Below are positions 16,907 to 26,266 of a stretch of 64,000 nucleotides of DNA, piece by piece (positions within the stretch are counted from its first letter, which is position 1; every line of letters starts with the position of its first letter). The DNA comes from Conexivisphaerales archaeon (GTDB lineage: Archaea > Thermoproteota > Nitrososphaeria > Conexivisphaerales > DTJL01). A program made the translations under genes and the position numbers. Where the stretch lies: NCBI GenBank assembly GCA_035543015.1, contig DATKKG010000063.1, forward strand, positions 4,798 to 68,797, read 5' to 3'. Under the pieces are notes generated by a model that worked only from the letters and a program-made list of their open reading frames with translations, was not told the origin of the DNA and searched no databases.

Positions 16907-18172
16907 TTGTCCGACAATTCTCATATAGAAGCGGGGATCGCTGAGAATCCTATGTCGGAGATGCTCCTTAGCCGGGTCAGGCGGCTTTCGAAGGACCTGG
17001 GAGAGCCGGAAGCCCTGGCTTCGGCAAGGGCGGAGAGCCTCGCGCTCTACGACAGCCTCCCCTACGAAAGGAACGTCCTCTTCTCGAAGAACTTCGAGAA
17101 GCTGCCGGGGGACCCCAACGAGTTCGCCCCCAGGGAAGGAGGGAAGCTTCCAGCCGACGTCCCCTACTCCGTCGCCGTCCTTGGGTCGAAGAGCCTCGTG
17201 GGGTCGCTCCCGAAGGGTGTGAGCTTCCACGACGGAACCAAAGAGGGCATGCCCCTGCTTTCCACACCCATCTCCGGAGACGAAGACAAGATGTTCTACC
17301 TCAACGCGGCCTTCAGGGACCATTCGAACAAGTTCATCGTGGCCCCGGGTGAAGCGGTCAGGGAGCCGATAGTCCGTCTTGGCGTGTCCCCGCCGGGAAG
17401 GAACGGAACGTTCCGCTCGACCGAAATAGACGTAGGCGAAGCGTCCAGCTCCATCTTCATCGACAGGATAGCCGACTCGCAGGACAACGGAACGGAGCCT
17501 GCGCTCCTGAGCGACCTCGTGGAGGTCCGCCTGAGGCCCAACGCGACGTTGACTTTCGTCACGCTGTCGACGGGGACCAGGGAGAGGATCATCCACAACA
17601 CCAGGTTCGTGCTCGAAGACGGCGCCAGGCTCACCTACGTCACCTGGTACGCGGCGTCGCCGTACGTGCGGGCGCACTCCTACGTTGTGCTCAGGGGCGA
17701 GGGAGGGGAGGCGAACCTGTACTGGGGCGGCTTCCCGAAGGAGTCATCCCGCTACGATTACATGGCGTTGGTGGAACACCTGGGGCGCTCGACGAAGGGT
17801 TTCGTCCTGCAGAGGGGACTGGTGAAAGGACAGTCGAGGATGCTGCTGAAGGGCCTCATGACCATCAGGCATTCCGCTGTCAACGCGGACAGCCACCTTA
17901 GCCAGCACGCCCTCCTGCTCACCAGAGACTCGTTCGCCAACGCCATCCCCGGACTGGAGATAGAGACGAACGAGCTCAAGGCAAAGCACGCGGCGTCCGT
18001 GTCCCAGCCCGATGAGGACCAGCTCTTCTACCTTATGAGCCGCGGCCTGACGAAGGAGGAGTCCCTGATGGAGATCGCGGGCGGCTACCTCAACCCGCTG
18101 GCGGTGAACATACCGGATCAGGCGGCCAGGGAGGCCTTCGAGCTCGAGATCGGAAAAGCCCTCAAGGGCTAG
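16907..18172 (+). CDS. sufD: Fe-S cluster assembly protein SufD
   Basis: SufB/D-family C-terminus ([24 protein letters not shown]), positioned after sufB. Confidence 0.8.
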   Translation: MSDNSHIEAGIAENPMSEMLLSRVRRLSKDLGEPEALASARAESLALYDSLPYERNVLFSKNFEKLPGDPNEFAPREGGKLPADVPYSVAVLGSKSLVGSLPKGVSFHDGTKEGMPLLSTPISGDEDKMFYLNAAFRDHSNKFIVAPGEAVREPIVRLGVSPPGRNGTFRSTEIDVGEASSSIFIDRIADSQDNGTEPALLSDLVEVRLRPNATLTFVTLSTGTRERIIHNTRFVLEDGARLTYVTWYAASPYVRAHSYVVLRGEGGEANLYWGGFPKESSRYDYMALVEHLGRSTKGFVLQRGLVKGQSRMLLKGLMTIRHSAVNADSHLSQHALLLTRDSFANAIPGLEIETNELKAKHAASVSQPDEDQLFYLMSRGLTKEESLMEIAGGYLNPLAVNIPDQAAREAFELEIGKALKG

Positions 18173-18213
18173 GGGCGACTCCCCCCTTTAGCGCGTCCCC
18201 GACGGGCTCCAAA

Positions 18214-18244
18214 CTGCACAGCATTAAAATAATCCGTCGTGCAG
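18214..18244 (+). promoter_or_regulatory. Internal promoter for sufS-sufU: an A/T box flanked by a 6-bp inverted repeat
   Basis: CTGCAC agCATTAAAATAATccgtc GTGCAG. The box centre is about 50 nt upstream of the TTG at 18277. Confidence 0.4.
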
Positions 18245-18276
18245 TAAAGCCCGATTACCTTCGGAAAAGATGCGAA

Positions 18277-19512
18277 TTGGAGACTCAGACACTCGACGTC
18301 GACAGGATCATACGGGACTTCCCCATCCTCGACCGCGCCATCGAGGGCAAGAAGCTGATCTACCTTGACAACGCCGCCACTTCCCAGAAGCCCCGCGCGG
18401 TCATCAGGGCCCTGGACGAGTTCTATTCGACCTACAACTCGAACATACACAGGGGGGTCTACCGCATCGCCGAGAAGGCGACGGCGGAGTACGAGAACTC
18501 CCGAGAGAAGGTGGCTAAGTTCATCTCGGCGCCGTCGGCCGAGGAGATAGTGTTCACGCGGAACACTACGGAGTCGCTGAACCTCGTCGCGCAGTCCTGG
18601 GGCAGGAAGTTCGTGTCTAAGGGCGACAGGATCGTCCTTACCCTGCTCGAGCATCACAGCAACATCGTTCCGTGGCAGCAGCTGGCCCTGGAGAAGAAGG
18701 CGAGGGTCGAATATGCGGTGGTCGACGAGGACGGCAACCTCGACCTCGAGGACTTCAAGGAGAAGGCCGTGGGTGCCAGGGTCGTGGCTTTCACCCACGT
18801 CTCCAACGTCTTCGGAACGATCAACCCGGCCAAGGAGATGGCCAGGATCGCAAGGAAGGAGGGAGCCCTGGTCGTCGTGGACGGCGCCCAGGCCGTCCCC
18901 CACATGCCCGTGGACGTATCCGAGATAGGCTGCGACTTCTACGCGTTCTCGGCGCACAAGATGCTTGGGCCCACAGGGGTGGGGGTGCTCTACGGGAAGA
19001 AGGAGCGCCTGGAGGAGACGCCGCCGTTCCTGACTGGCGGGGACATGATCAGCCAGGTGCACCTCTCCGGCGCCTCCTGGAACGAGCTGCCGTGGAAGTT
19101 CGAGGCGGGGACGCCAAACATAGCCGACGTCATCGCGTACGGCCCGGCCTTGGACTACCTGTCCTCCATAGGGATGGAGGCTGTCAGGCGGCACGAGATG
19201 CGCCTGACCGCGCGAGCCCTGGACGCGCTCAGGGGAGTCGAAGGAGTGAAGGTCTATGGGCCGAAGGGCGCAGACGGGCGCGGAGGCGTAATACCTTTCA
19301 ACGTCAAGGAGATCCATCCGCATGACGTCGCGGCCGTCCTGGACGGGATGGGGGTGGCGGTGCGCTCAGGCTACCACTGCGCCGAGCCCCTCCATGAATG
19401 GTTCGGGATACCGAGCTCGGTCAGGGCGAGCTTCTACATCTACAACAGGGAGAGCGACATAGACGCGCTGGTGGCTGGCGTTAGAAAGGCTAGCGAGGTG
19501 TTCGGAAGTTGA
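18277..19512 (+). CDS. sufS: Cysteine desulfurase SufS (class V aminotransferase)
   Basis: Motifs YLDNAATSQKP, AFSAHKMLGPTGVGVLYG and RSGYHCAEP. Confidence 0.85.
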   Translation: METQTLDVDRIIRDFPILDRAIEGKKLIYLDNAATSQKPRAVIRALDEFYSTYNSNIHRGVYRIAEKATAEYENSREKVAKFISAPSAEEIVFTRNTTESLNLVAQSWGRKFVSKGDRIVLTLLEHHSNIVPWQQLALEKKARVEYAVVDEDGNLDLEDFKEKAVGARVVAFTHVSNVFGTINPAKEMARIARKEGALVVVDGAQAVPHMPVDVSEIGCDFYAFSAHKMLGPTGVGVLYGKKERLEETPPFLTGGDMISQVHLSGASWNELPWKFEAGTPNIADVIAYGPALDYLSSIGMEAVRRHEMRLTARALDALRGVEGVKVYGPKGADGRGGVIPFNVKEIHPHDVAAVLDGMGVAVRSGYHCAEPLHEWFGIPSSVRASFYIYNRESDIDALVAGVRKASEVFGS

Positions 19513-19910
19513 GCGACGAGATATACAAGGAGATCATAATGGACCACTACAAGAACCCCCGCAACTTCGGGAAGATCGAGAAGCCCGACTTTTCGGCCGA
19601 GGACAGCAACCCCCTCTGCGGCGACCATGTGGAGATGGCCGTCAAGATCGAGGACGGGAAGGTGGCCGACGTCAAGTTCATCGGCCGGGGCTGCGCCATC
19701 AGCATGTCGGCCGCCTCCATAATCACCGAACTCATTCAGGGGATGTCGATAGAGGACCTCCGCAAGTTCGACAAGGAGCAGCTCCTCGAGGCAATGGGCA
19801 ACCCCGACCTGGGCCCCGTGAGGGTGAAGTGCGCACTCCTGCCGCTCAAGACCCTGAAGTTGGGCCTCTACACCTACCTGTCGAAGACTGACGATTCCGC
19901 CGGGAAGTAG
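19509..19910 (+). CDS. sufU: SUF-system NifU/IscU-like scaffold SufU
   Basis: Motifs DHYKNPRNFG, NPLCGD, GRGCAIS and RVKCALL. It overlaps sufS by 4 nt. Confidence 0.8.
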   Translation: MSDEIYKEIIMDHYKNPRNFGKIEKPDFSAEDSNPLCGDHVEMAVKIEDGKVADVKFIGRGCAISMSAASIITELIQGMSIEDLRKFDKEQLLEAMGNPDLGPVRVKCALLPLKTLKLGLYTYLSKTDDSAGK

Positions 19911-19916
19911 CCGCGT

Positions 19917-20192
19917 CTATTCCCGGATTCCTTCCAGGACCGACACCGCGTTCCACAGCGTCACGCGGGCGAACGAAGGAACGTTCGGGTCCTGAGACAC
20001 CTCCTCAAGGACGCTCATGGCATTGGCCGCCCTGACGCCGACCGACGTCCGGGGGTCCTTAAGGCCGTCCACGACCTCCTTCGTGACCTTCCGGATGTTG
20101 CGCGGAATGTTCGTGTTGTTCACGACGAGGTTGATGGTGTTTATCGCCTGGTTCAGCTTCTCCTCGTTCTCGGCTGCCTTCTTGGAACTCAA
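19917..20192 (-). CDS. UPF0147 family small archaeal protein
   Basis: 91 aa. The patterns NTNIPRNIRKVTKE and DPNVPSFARVTLWNAVSVLE are typical of UPF0147. Confidence 0.5.
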   Translation of the reverse strand: MSSKKAAENEEKLNQAINTINLVVNNTNIPRNIRKVTKEVVDGLKDPRTSVGVRAANAMSVLEEVSQDPNVPSFARVTLWNAVSVLEGIRE

Positions 20193-20308
20193 TCTGTGTC
20201 AACAGCTCCCCTGCTTAGCCGCACGACATTACAAATGCGACCGGTTTTAAGCTTATCTCAGGACAACCGTTATGAGCCTCTTCAGGCTGCGGGTAGGTCG
20301 GGAGAGCC

Positions 20309-20662
20309 TTGTCCGAGACGAAGAACAGGCAGAAGCTCATGGCTGAGATGATGCGCAGGGGCGCGACCCTGCTCCAGGAGCCATGCCCCGAGTGCGGCGG
20401 GATCCTCCTCAGGTTCAAAGGGAAGGACATCTGCCCGTCCTGCTCGGGCCTGACCAGCGTAGAAGAGCTGGACGAACTGGAGGCTTCCGCGCCCGCGCCG
20501 GCGCCCGTCACAGCACAGCCGAAGTTCAAGGCGGACGCCGTGTCCAAGGTGCTTGAAGAGTCGCTGGCTCACCTGGCGAAGGAGAAGGACCCCGCAAAGA
20601 GGCTGAAGCTCCTCCAGGTCATCAAGCTCTGCGCCGAGGTCCTGAAGCTGCTGAAGGAATGA
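20309..20662 (+). CDS. UPF0148 / Sjogren-scleroderma autoantigen p27-like zinc-ribbon protein
   Basis: CPECGGILLRFKGKDICPSC zinc ribbon in a protein of about 117 aa. Confidence 0.5.
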   Translation: MSETKNRQKLMAEMMRRGATLLQEPCPECGGILLRFKGKDICPSCSGLTSVEELDELEASAPAPAPVTAQPKFKADAVSKVLEESLAHLAKEKDPAKRLKLLQVIKLCAEVLKLLKE

Positions 20663-20665
20663 GCC

Positions 20666-22192
20666 CTACCCGATGAAGGAGTCCAGCCCCTTCTTCTTCG
20701 CGGGGGGCCTGGAGCCTGTCGTGGGCTCGGCGGACGCGAGCTGGCGGACGTAGGTGCTAAGCGACTTGAGCTTCCTCTGGACGACCCGGTAGTAAGCTTC
20801 GTCGACTGTGTCCTTGACGATCAGCATTATCATCCTCCCCTCCTTGCGCCTGCCCGTCCTGCCCCTCCTCTGGACGTACCTGATGGCGCTGGCCACGTTG
20901 TCGTAGAAGACCACGAGGTTGCATTCCGCGATGTCCAGGCCCTCCTCCCCGATCTGGGTGGCGATCAGCACCCTGTACTTGCCCTTCCTGAACATGTCGA
21001 CAGCCTTGACCTGCTCCTCCTGCCTCTGGCCCGTCGCCCCCTGCTTCCCGATCAGTATCCAGGCGCTTATCCCTCGGTCGGAGAGGGTCCTGTAGATGTA
21101 GTCAACGGTCTCCCTGTAGCCGGCGAAGATGAGGGCCCTGTCCTGGGGGGTGAGCTCCGCTATGAGCCCCTTCAGGGCCTCGAATTTCGGCTGCTCCAAG
21201 CCCGCGACGACGGCGCCGTTGATGAGCTCGTAGGCCTCCTTCAGGCGAGGCTCCTTGACTATCATGGAGTTGACCCGCCCCTTGGTGTCCCTCACCCTTT
21301 CGAAGTAGCTCAGGAAGGCCTTGTAGCTCTGGGTCTCGAGCATCTTCTCCAGGTTGAAGAGCTTGGCCGCGAAGAAGTAGGACAGCTTGGCGTTCCAGGA
21401 GCCCTTCGCCATGATGGAGTCCCTGTTCCGCATCATCTCCTTGAAGCTCAGCTTGTCCGCCGCGGCCCTTGGCATCAGGTTCTCGCGGGCTATGTTGGCG
21501 AGCTTCTCCTTCAGGACCTCGCGTATGAGGAGCGACGCCCTCTTCATGTAGTCCGGGCTTTCGAGGAGCCTGACGTCCACCTTGACATCGTGAACGTAGG
21601 GCTTGATGTCGTCGCTTTCGTAGTCCCTGAAGAGTATCCTCTCGGCTGAGAGGTGGCCCTTGATCTCCTCGATCTTCTGCCTTTCGCTGGGCAGGGTGGC
21701 CGTCAGGCCGATCCTCTGCACATCCCCGGACCGGAACAGCTCGGAGATCTGGACGTAGCTGTGGTCGCCGATCGCCCTGTGAACCTCGTCGAGGATCAGG
21801 AGGTCGAACAGGGAGACGTCCAGGAGGGACCGCTTGACGTCCTGGACCGCTATCTGGGGGGTGGCGCAGACTATCTTCGCGGACCAGGCATCCCCCCTGG
21901 TGTGGATATCGTCCTCCCCGGTCACGGCGGCCACCGAGCCGGCGGGCAGGTCGAGGACCTTCTCAAGGAACTCCTTGTGCTGCTGGACCAGTATCCTCGT
22001 GGGGGCGAGGAACAGGGTCCTTCCCCCGGTGGAGGCGAGCCTGTTCGCAATTATGAGCGCCGCCACGGCCGTCTTCCCCATCCCGGTCGGGAGGACGATG
22101 ATGGCGTTCGAGGCCCCGGCGTCCCGGGCCAGCTCCTGCTGGTAGAGCCTCTCCTCCAGCGCGCCCTTCCTGATGAAACCCTCGGCGGACAT
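20666..22192 (-). CDS. Hef/FANCM-like (ERCC4-related) SF2 helicase without a nuclease domain
   Basis: Motifs LPTGMGKTAVA, DEVH, TATL and QRRGRTGR. The protein ends about 60 aa after motif VI. I prefer the ATG at 22192 (MSAEGFIRKG). Confidence 0.7.
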   Translation of the reverse strand: MSAEGFIRKGALEERLYQQELARDAGASNAIIVLPTGMGKTAVAALIIANRLASTGGRTLFLAPTRILVQQHKEFLEKVLDLPAGSVAAVTGEDDIHTRGDAWSAKIVCATPQIAVQDVKRSLLDVSLFDLLILDEVHRAIGDHSYVQISELFRSGDVQRIGLTATLPSERQKIEEIKGHLSAERILFRDYESDDIKPYVHDVKVDVRLLESPDYMKRASLLIREVLKEKLANIARENLMPRAAADKLSFKEMMRNRDSIMAKGSWNAKLSYFFAAKLFNLEKMLETQSYKAFLSYFERVRDTKGRVNSMIVKEPRLKEAYELINGAVVAGLEQPKFEALKGLIAELTPQDRALIFAGYRETVDYIYRTLSDRGISAWILIGKQGATGQRQEEQVKAVDMFRKGKYRVLIATQIGEEGLDIAECNLVVFYDNVASAIRYVQRRGRTGRRKEGRMIMLIVKDTVDEAYYRVVQRKLKSLSTYVRQLASAEPTTGSRPPAKKKGLDSFIG

Positions 22193-22398
22193 TGGCTTCC
22201 CCCGATGCTCTCCGCAACCCAACACTTTTATCATTTGGTGCATTCGACACCGAGTCTGGGCGCCTTTCCTTGCGAATCGAGGCTGCGGAACTCCAGAGGG
22301 CACTGGCCGACGTGGAGAAGTCGGTGACGACGTCGGACCTAGGCATGCTGGAGTCCAAGGCCGGGAGCTGGAGGATTCCGTCGGTGGTGACGGAGGAG

Positions 22399-23100
22399 AT
22401 GGTCGGGGTGGCCGAGTCTCTGATCCCGTTCAAGCCCAGCCCCAGGGTCGGGAAGTTCCTCGTCCTTAGCGGCGTCGACAAGTCGGGGAAGGAGACTCAC
22501 TGCTTCAACCAGAGCAGGCTCACCAAGATAACCTCGGTCTACGACCACCTGCGGTCCAAGGGATTTGACGTCCTGCCGATCAACCTGCCGTCATACAACA
22601 CCCTTCTCGGGGCCCTGGTGGGGGCGTACCTCGGCAGGCGGACCAAGGACATGGTGCTCAGCGGCGACCTGAGCGCCTCCTACGCCTGGCTTCTTTGGAG
22701 CCTCGACAGGGCCCAGTTCAACGACAGCGTAGACAGATGGCTCGCCGACGGGCCAAGGAAAGTCGTCCTGTCCAAGAGGTGGACGGAGAGCCACGCCGTC
22801 TACCAGCCGGAGGTGGGAGTGAGATACGAAAGGGTGATGCGGTTCGAGGAGAAGGTCGTCAAGCAGGACTCCACGATAGTGTTGGACATACCTCCTGTCC
22901 AGGCGCTCTTGAGGTTGAGGACGAGGCCTGACAGGGACAACTACGAGAAGGCCTCCATAATCGAGGGGGTCCGCCGCAGGTACCTCGCCCTTTCCGAGAT
23001 CTACCCCTACGGCGACATCTACCTCGTGGACGCGTCGAGGAGCCTGGAAGAGGTCAACAGGGACATCCTCTCCCTGGTGGACAGGATAATGCAGGGATGA
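22399..23100 (+). CDS. Thymidylate-kinase-like protein with a degenerate P-loop (start uncertain, 22192-22399)
   Basis: The P-loop region reads LVLSGVDKSGKETH. KRWTESHAVYQ replaces DRY..S..AYQ. The C-terminus R.RTRPDRDNYE..VRRRYL..YLVDASRSLEEV is TMK-like. Confidence 0.5.
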   Translation: MVGVAESLIPFKPSPRVGKFLVLSGVDKSGKETHCFNQSRLTKITSVYDHLRSKGFDVLPINLPSYNTLLGALVGAYLGRRTKDMVLSGDLSASYAWLLWSLDRAQFNDSVDRWLADGPRKVVLSKRWTESHAVYQPEVGVRYERVMRFEEKVVKQDSTIVLDIPPVQALLRLRTRPDRDNYEKASIIEGVRRRYLALSEIYPYGDIYLVDASRSLEEVNRDILSLVDRIMQG

Positions 23101-23147
23101 GCAAGGGATAAAGCACCGTATCTCTGCAAGTCTCATCGCGGCCGCAC

Positions 23148-24452
23148 TTGAAATCAGCGCACTATGCCGGAAGGCCGGTGGAGATCAGGGACCCGATCCA
23201 TGGCTTCGTCAAGGTGCACGGCGGAGAGCTCAAGGTCGTTGACACCCCATACTTCCAGCGCCTGAGGAGGATAAGGCAGCTCTCCTGCGCGTTCATGGCG
23301 TACCCGGGAGCCAACCACACGAGGTTCGAGCACTCCCTGGGCGCGATGCATGTAGCCGGACTCACCTCGGCGATCCTTGTCGACAAGGGCTACATCGACG
23401 ACGACGCGGCGTCGGAGCTCAGGCTGGCGGGCCTCCTCCACGACGTGGGCCATGGCCCGTTCTCGCACCTGTACGAGGAGCTCCTTCATTCGAAGACCGG
23501 GGTGACTCACGAGGACATGAGCTCCAGGATCGTGGCGGAGACCGAGATCGGGGAGGTTCTGGACAAGGAGGGGTTCGACCCGAAGAGGCTTTCGTCTCTG
23601 GCCGTCGGGAAGGCGCCGGGGAGGAGGCGCTTCATGAACGAGGTGGTTGCCGGGACCCTCAGCGCCGACCTCATGGACTACCTCCTGAGGGACTCCTACT
23701 ACACGGGCGCGGGCTTCGGCCGTGTCGACATCACGAGGGTGATCGACTCGTTCGAGGTCGTCGGGGACCACCTGGCCATAGAGAGCGACGCCGTCCATTC
23801 CTTCGAAGCCCTGACCGTTGCCCGATATGAGATGTTCAAGGCAGTCTACTTCCACAAGACGTGCAGGGCCGCCGAAGCCATGGTCCTCAGGGCGATGGAA
23901 CTGGCTGACGCCGAGCTGGGGCTAACCCAGGTCGACGACCTCTCTCGCTACGGCAAATGGGACGACGAAGGTGTGGTCAACGCGATCCTTAACCTGAAGG
24001 GGGGAAGGGACGCGAAGAAGGCGCAGCAGCTGGTGTCGGACTACAGGGCACGGCGGCTCCTGAAGTGCGTGTACGAGAAGATGGTGATAAGGAAGGAGGG
24101 TTTCGCAGAGAGGCTCCTCGACAAGGCCGCGGTGAGGGCGGAGGTCGTGGCCGAGATAGCGAACCTGGCGGGGGTCGACCCCGAAGGCATCTACATTGAC
24201 GTGCCCACGACCCCTTCCGTGCCTTTCACGTCGGACAGGGAGATGTTCACGGAGCTGACCATCGTTTCGAGGGGCGCAGCCGGAGCCAAGAAGACGAGGA
24301 TCTCCCTGTCGGACATCCCCGCCGTGGCAGCGATCAGCGGCTCCCTGGACGTGTTGAGGGTCTACACGACCGCGAAGGACAGGGCCAGGGTCGAGGGGGC
24401 CGTCTCGAAGGTCCTGGGGGACTCGGGCTTCTCCACCAAGATATCAGTCTAG
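23148..24452 (+). CDS. HD-domain phosphohydrolase (SAMHD1 / dNTP triphosphohydrolase-like, COG1078 type)
   Basis: Motifs HTRFEHSLGAMHVAG, LLHDVGHGPFSH and DYLLRDSYYTG. TTG start. Confidence 0.8.
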   Translation: MKSAHYAGRPVEIRDPIHGFVKVHGGELKVVDTPYFQRLRRIRQLSCAFMAYPGANHTRFEHSLGAMHVAGLTSAILVDKGYIDDDAASELRLAGLLHDVGHGPFSHLYEELLHSKTGVTHEDMSSRIVAETEIGEVLDKEGFDPKRLSSLAVGKAPGRRRFMNEVVAGTLSADLMDYLLRDSYYTGAGFGRVDITRVIDSFEVVGDHLAIESDAVHSFEALTVARYEMFKAVYFHKTCRAAEAMVLRAMELADAELGLTQVDDLSRYGKWDDEGVVNAILNLKGGRDAKKAQQLVSDYRARRLLKCVYEKMVIRKEGFAERLLDKAAVRAEVVAEIANLAGVDPEGIYIDVPTTPSVPFTSDREMFTELTIVSRGAAGAKKTRISLSDIPAVAAISGSLDVLRVYTTAKDRARVEGAVSKVLGDSGFSTKISV

Positions 24453-24839
24453 GAGGAGCTCGCCGCTCTTCCCGTCAAGGGAGGCCTTGTGCCCGCCGAA
24501 CTTTTTCAGCTCGTCCAGCTCGAATCCGTCGGCCAGTGGCACCCCGGCCAGGGCGCAGCCGGACACCAGTGTGATGTCGCCCTTGGCGGCGACTATGGCG
24601 GCCGGTCCCAGCGACTTCATGGTCAGGTTGTAGATCACATATGCGCCGACGCTGCTTCCCACCGTGTACGGAAGGGCGAGGACGACCCCGCCCAGCTTCT
24701 GACCGTAGAGCTCGTGGTTCCTATCCACCACGGTCCCGCTGTCCGAGTCCACGCCACCCAGAAACGAGAGCTGCTGGCCCGTGACCAACAGCCTTCCTGA
24801 GCCCCTTCCCTCCACCAATCCGCGACCTGATACCTTCAA
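24444..24839 (-). CDS. Aconitase-X swivel domain protein (DUF126). Likely the phosphomevalonate dehydratase small subunit.
   Basis: G.G.G..LV....LSFLGGVD...G.V and KGDITLVSGCALAGVP are typical of DUF126. Confidence 0.65.
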   Translation of the reverse strand: MKVSGRGLVEGRGSGRLLVTGQQLSFLGGVDSDSGTVVDRNHELYGQKLGGVVLALPYTVGSSVGAYVIYNLTMKSLGPAAIVAAKGDITLVSGCALAGVPLADGFELDELKKFGGHKASLDGKSGELLLD

Positions 24840-26179
24840 CGGGCCTCTCCCAGCAGGCGCTTGACCGTGGAGTGGTAGTTGGGGATTTCGGCTATTTCGA
24901 ACTTCTCCTTCGGCTTCTTCAGGGTCCTGGTGGCGTCCACGCCCAGCTTGTCCGTCAGGAGCATCTCCTGGTCGGCCGAAGGGTCCAGGCTTGAGCCCTT
25001 TGCGCCCGTGATGACCATGAGGCCCCTCGAGGCCTGGAAGCGGGTGGCCACCGCGTACTCGACCATCCTAGGATCGTCCGGGTCGATGTCGTCGTCCACC
25101 ACGGTGGCCATCTTGAGCGAAGGATGGGCGGCGAACGCGGCCAAGAGCGCGTTCTTCGGCTCGCCTTCGAGGTGCTTTGAAATCTGGATGACCGCGTGGA
25201 GCCAGTTCCTTCCTCCGTCGGTGAGGACCACCCGTCTCGTGGACGGGACGACGTCTCGGACCGCCTTGTTCATCTTGATTTCGATGGGGTACGACATCAG
25301 CATCCGGTGCTCCAGGCCGCCCGGAAGGATGTCCCTGTATATGGCCCCCCTCCTGTGGTAGAGCTTCTGGACCTGGATCACGGGCTGCGCGCGGACCGCG
25401 TCGTAGTTCCCCAGCATCTCCACCATGGCCTCCTTGGCGGTCTCGGAGCCGATGACGCCCGTCATCACGAACTCGGCCTCCGCGGGGACGATCAGCCCGT
25501 TGTCCACCTCGCAGGTGGTGAGCCTTCCTCCCAGGAGGGAGTTCGCGAGCATGAGCTCGTCATAGCCGTAGGGGGCCTGGAAGGCTGCGGCCATTTCGAC
25601 GGCAGGATGGACGCCCACGACGATGGAGACGGGTAGATCCTTCCCGGACTCCCTGGCGAGGGTGTAGGCCCTGTGCAGGTGCCTGCCTTCCACCATTCGT
25701 ATCGCGAAGCGCCCGTCGTCCAGCCTTAGGAGGCGGTGGACCGACACGTTCTGCGTTCCCGTCTCCATGTTCTTCGCGATCACAAGGGAGCTGGTGACGT
25801 AGGGCCCGCTGTCCTTGGCGAAGTGGGTGACTATCGGAAGGTCCAGGAGGTGAGCGGCCTTCTCCGTGCCGTGGAAGGGGCCTTCGTCGACCAATGCGGG
25901 CCTAGAACCGGCCTCGACCGAGGAAAGGAAGAACCTTTCGAACGAGGACACGTCGGTCTTGAGCGCCTCCGCGAACTTCCTGCGAGACGTCAGCAGGTCG
26001 GCGACTATGGGGAACTTGCCCGTGGAGGGCCTGCTGATCATGACCGCGCTCCTGCCGTCGAGGGCCTTCTCCAGAGCCGCCGCTTCGAACAGGGTCGAAA
26101 CCGGGCTCGCGATGCGGGTGAGCTCCTTCGCGCCCAGCTGGCTCAGGTAGGAGGGAAGGCTCGGCGCCTCTCTTTTCAT
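24836..26179 (-). CDS. UbiD-family decarboxylase. Likely anhydromevalonate-phosphate decarboxylase.
   Basis: UbiD-like length and layout (GPYVTSSLVIAKN.ETGTQNVSVHR, GGLEHRML). It overlaps the AcnX-small gene by 4 nt. Confidence 0.7.
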   Translation of the reverse strand: MKREAPSLPSYLSQLGAKELTRIASPVSTLFEAAALEKALDGRSAVMISRPSTGKFPIVADLLTSRRKFAEALKTDVSSFERFFLSSVEAGSRPALVDEGPFHGTEKAAHLLDLPIVTHFAKDSGPYVTSSLVIAKNMETGTQNVSVHRLLRLDDGRFAIRMVEGRHLHRAYTLARESGKDLPVSIVVGVHPAVEMAAAFQAPYGYDELMLANSLLGGRLTTCEVDNGLIVPAEAEFVMTGVIGSETAKEAMVEMLGNYDAVRAQPVIQVQKLYHRRGAIYRDILPGGLEHRMLMSYPIEIKMNKAVRDVVPSTRRVVLTDGGRNWLHAVIQISKHLEGEPKNALLAAFAAHPSLKMATVVDDDIDPDDPRMVEYAVATRFQASRGLMVITGAKGSSLDPSADQEMLLTDKLGVDATRTLKKPKEKFEIAEIPNYHSTVKRLLGEAR

Positions 26180-26266
26180 GCCGAGTATTAGCGGATTGAG
26201 TCATGCTAATAATCGCTTCGCCCCGCGTAGCGGTGCTAATATGCTGCTGACGAATCTCCTGTAGCC

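Noticed and set aside
22192-22398. The upstream extension of the TMK-like ORF, starting at the same nucleotide as the divergent Hef start codon.
   Set aside because: It would leave no promoter space between two divergent genes, and TMK homologues do not have an 85-aa leader. The exact start (TTG 22270, ATG 22345, GTG 22384 or ATG 22399) remains unresolved.
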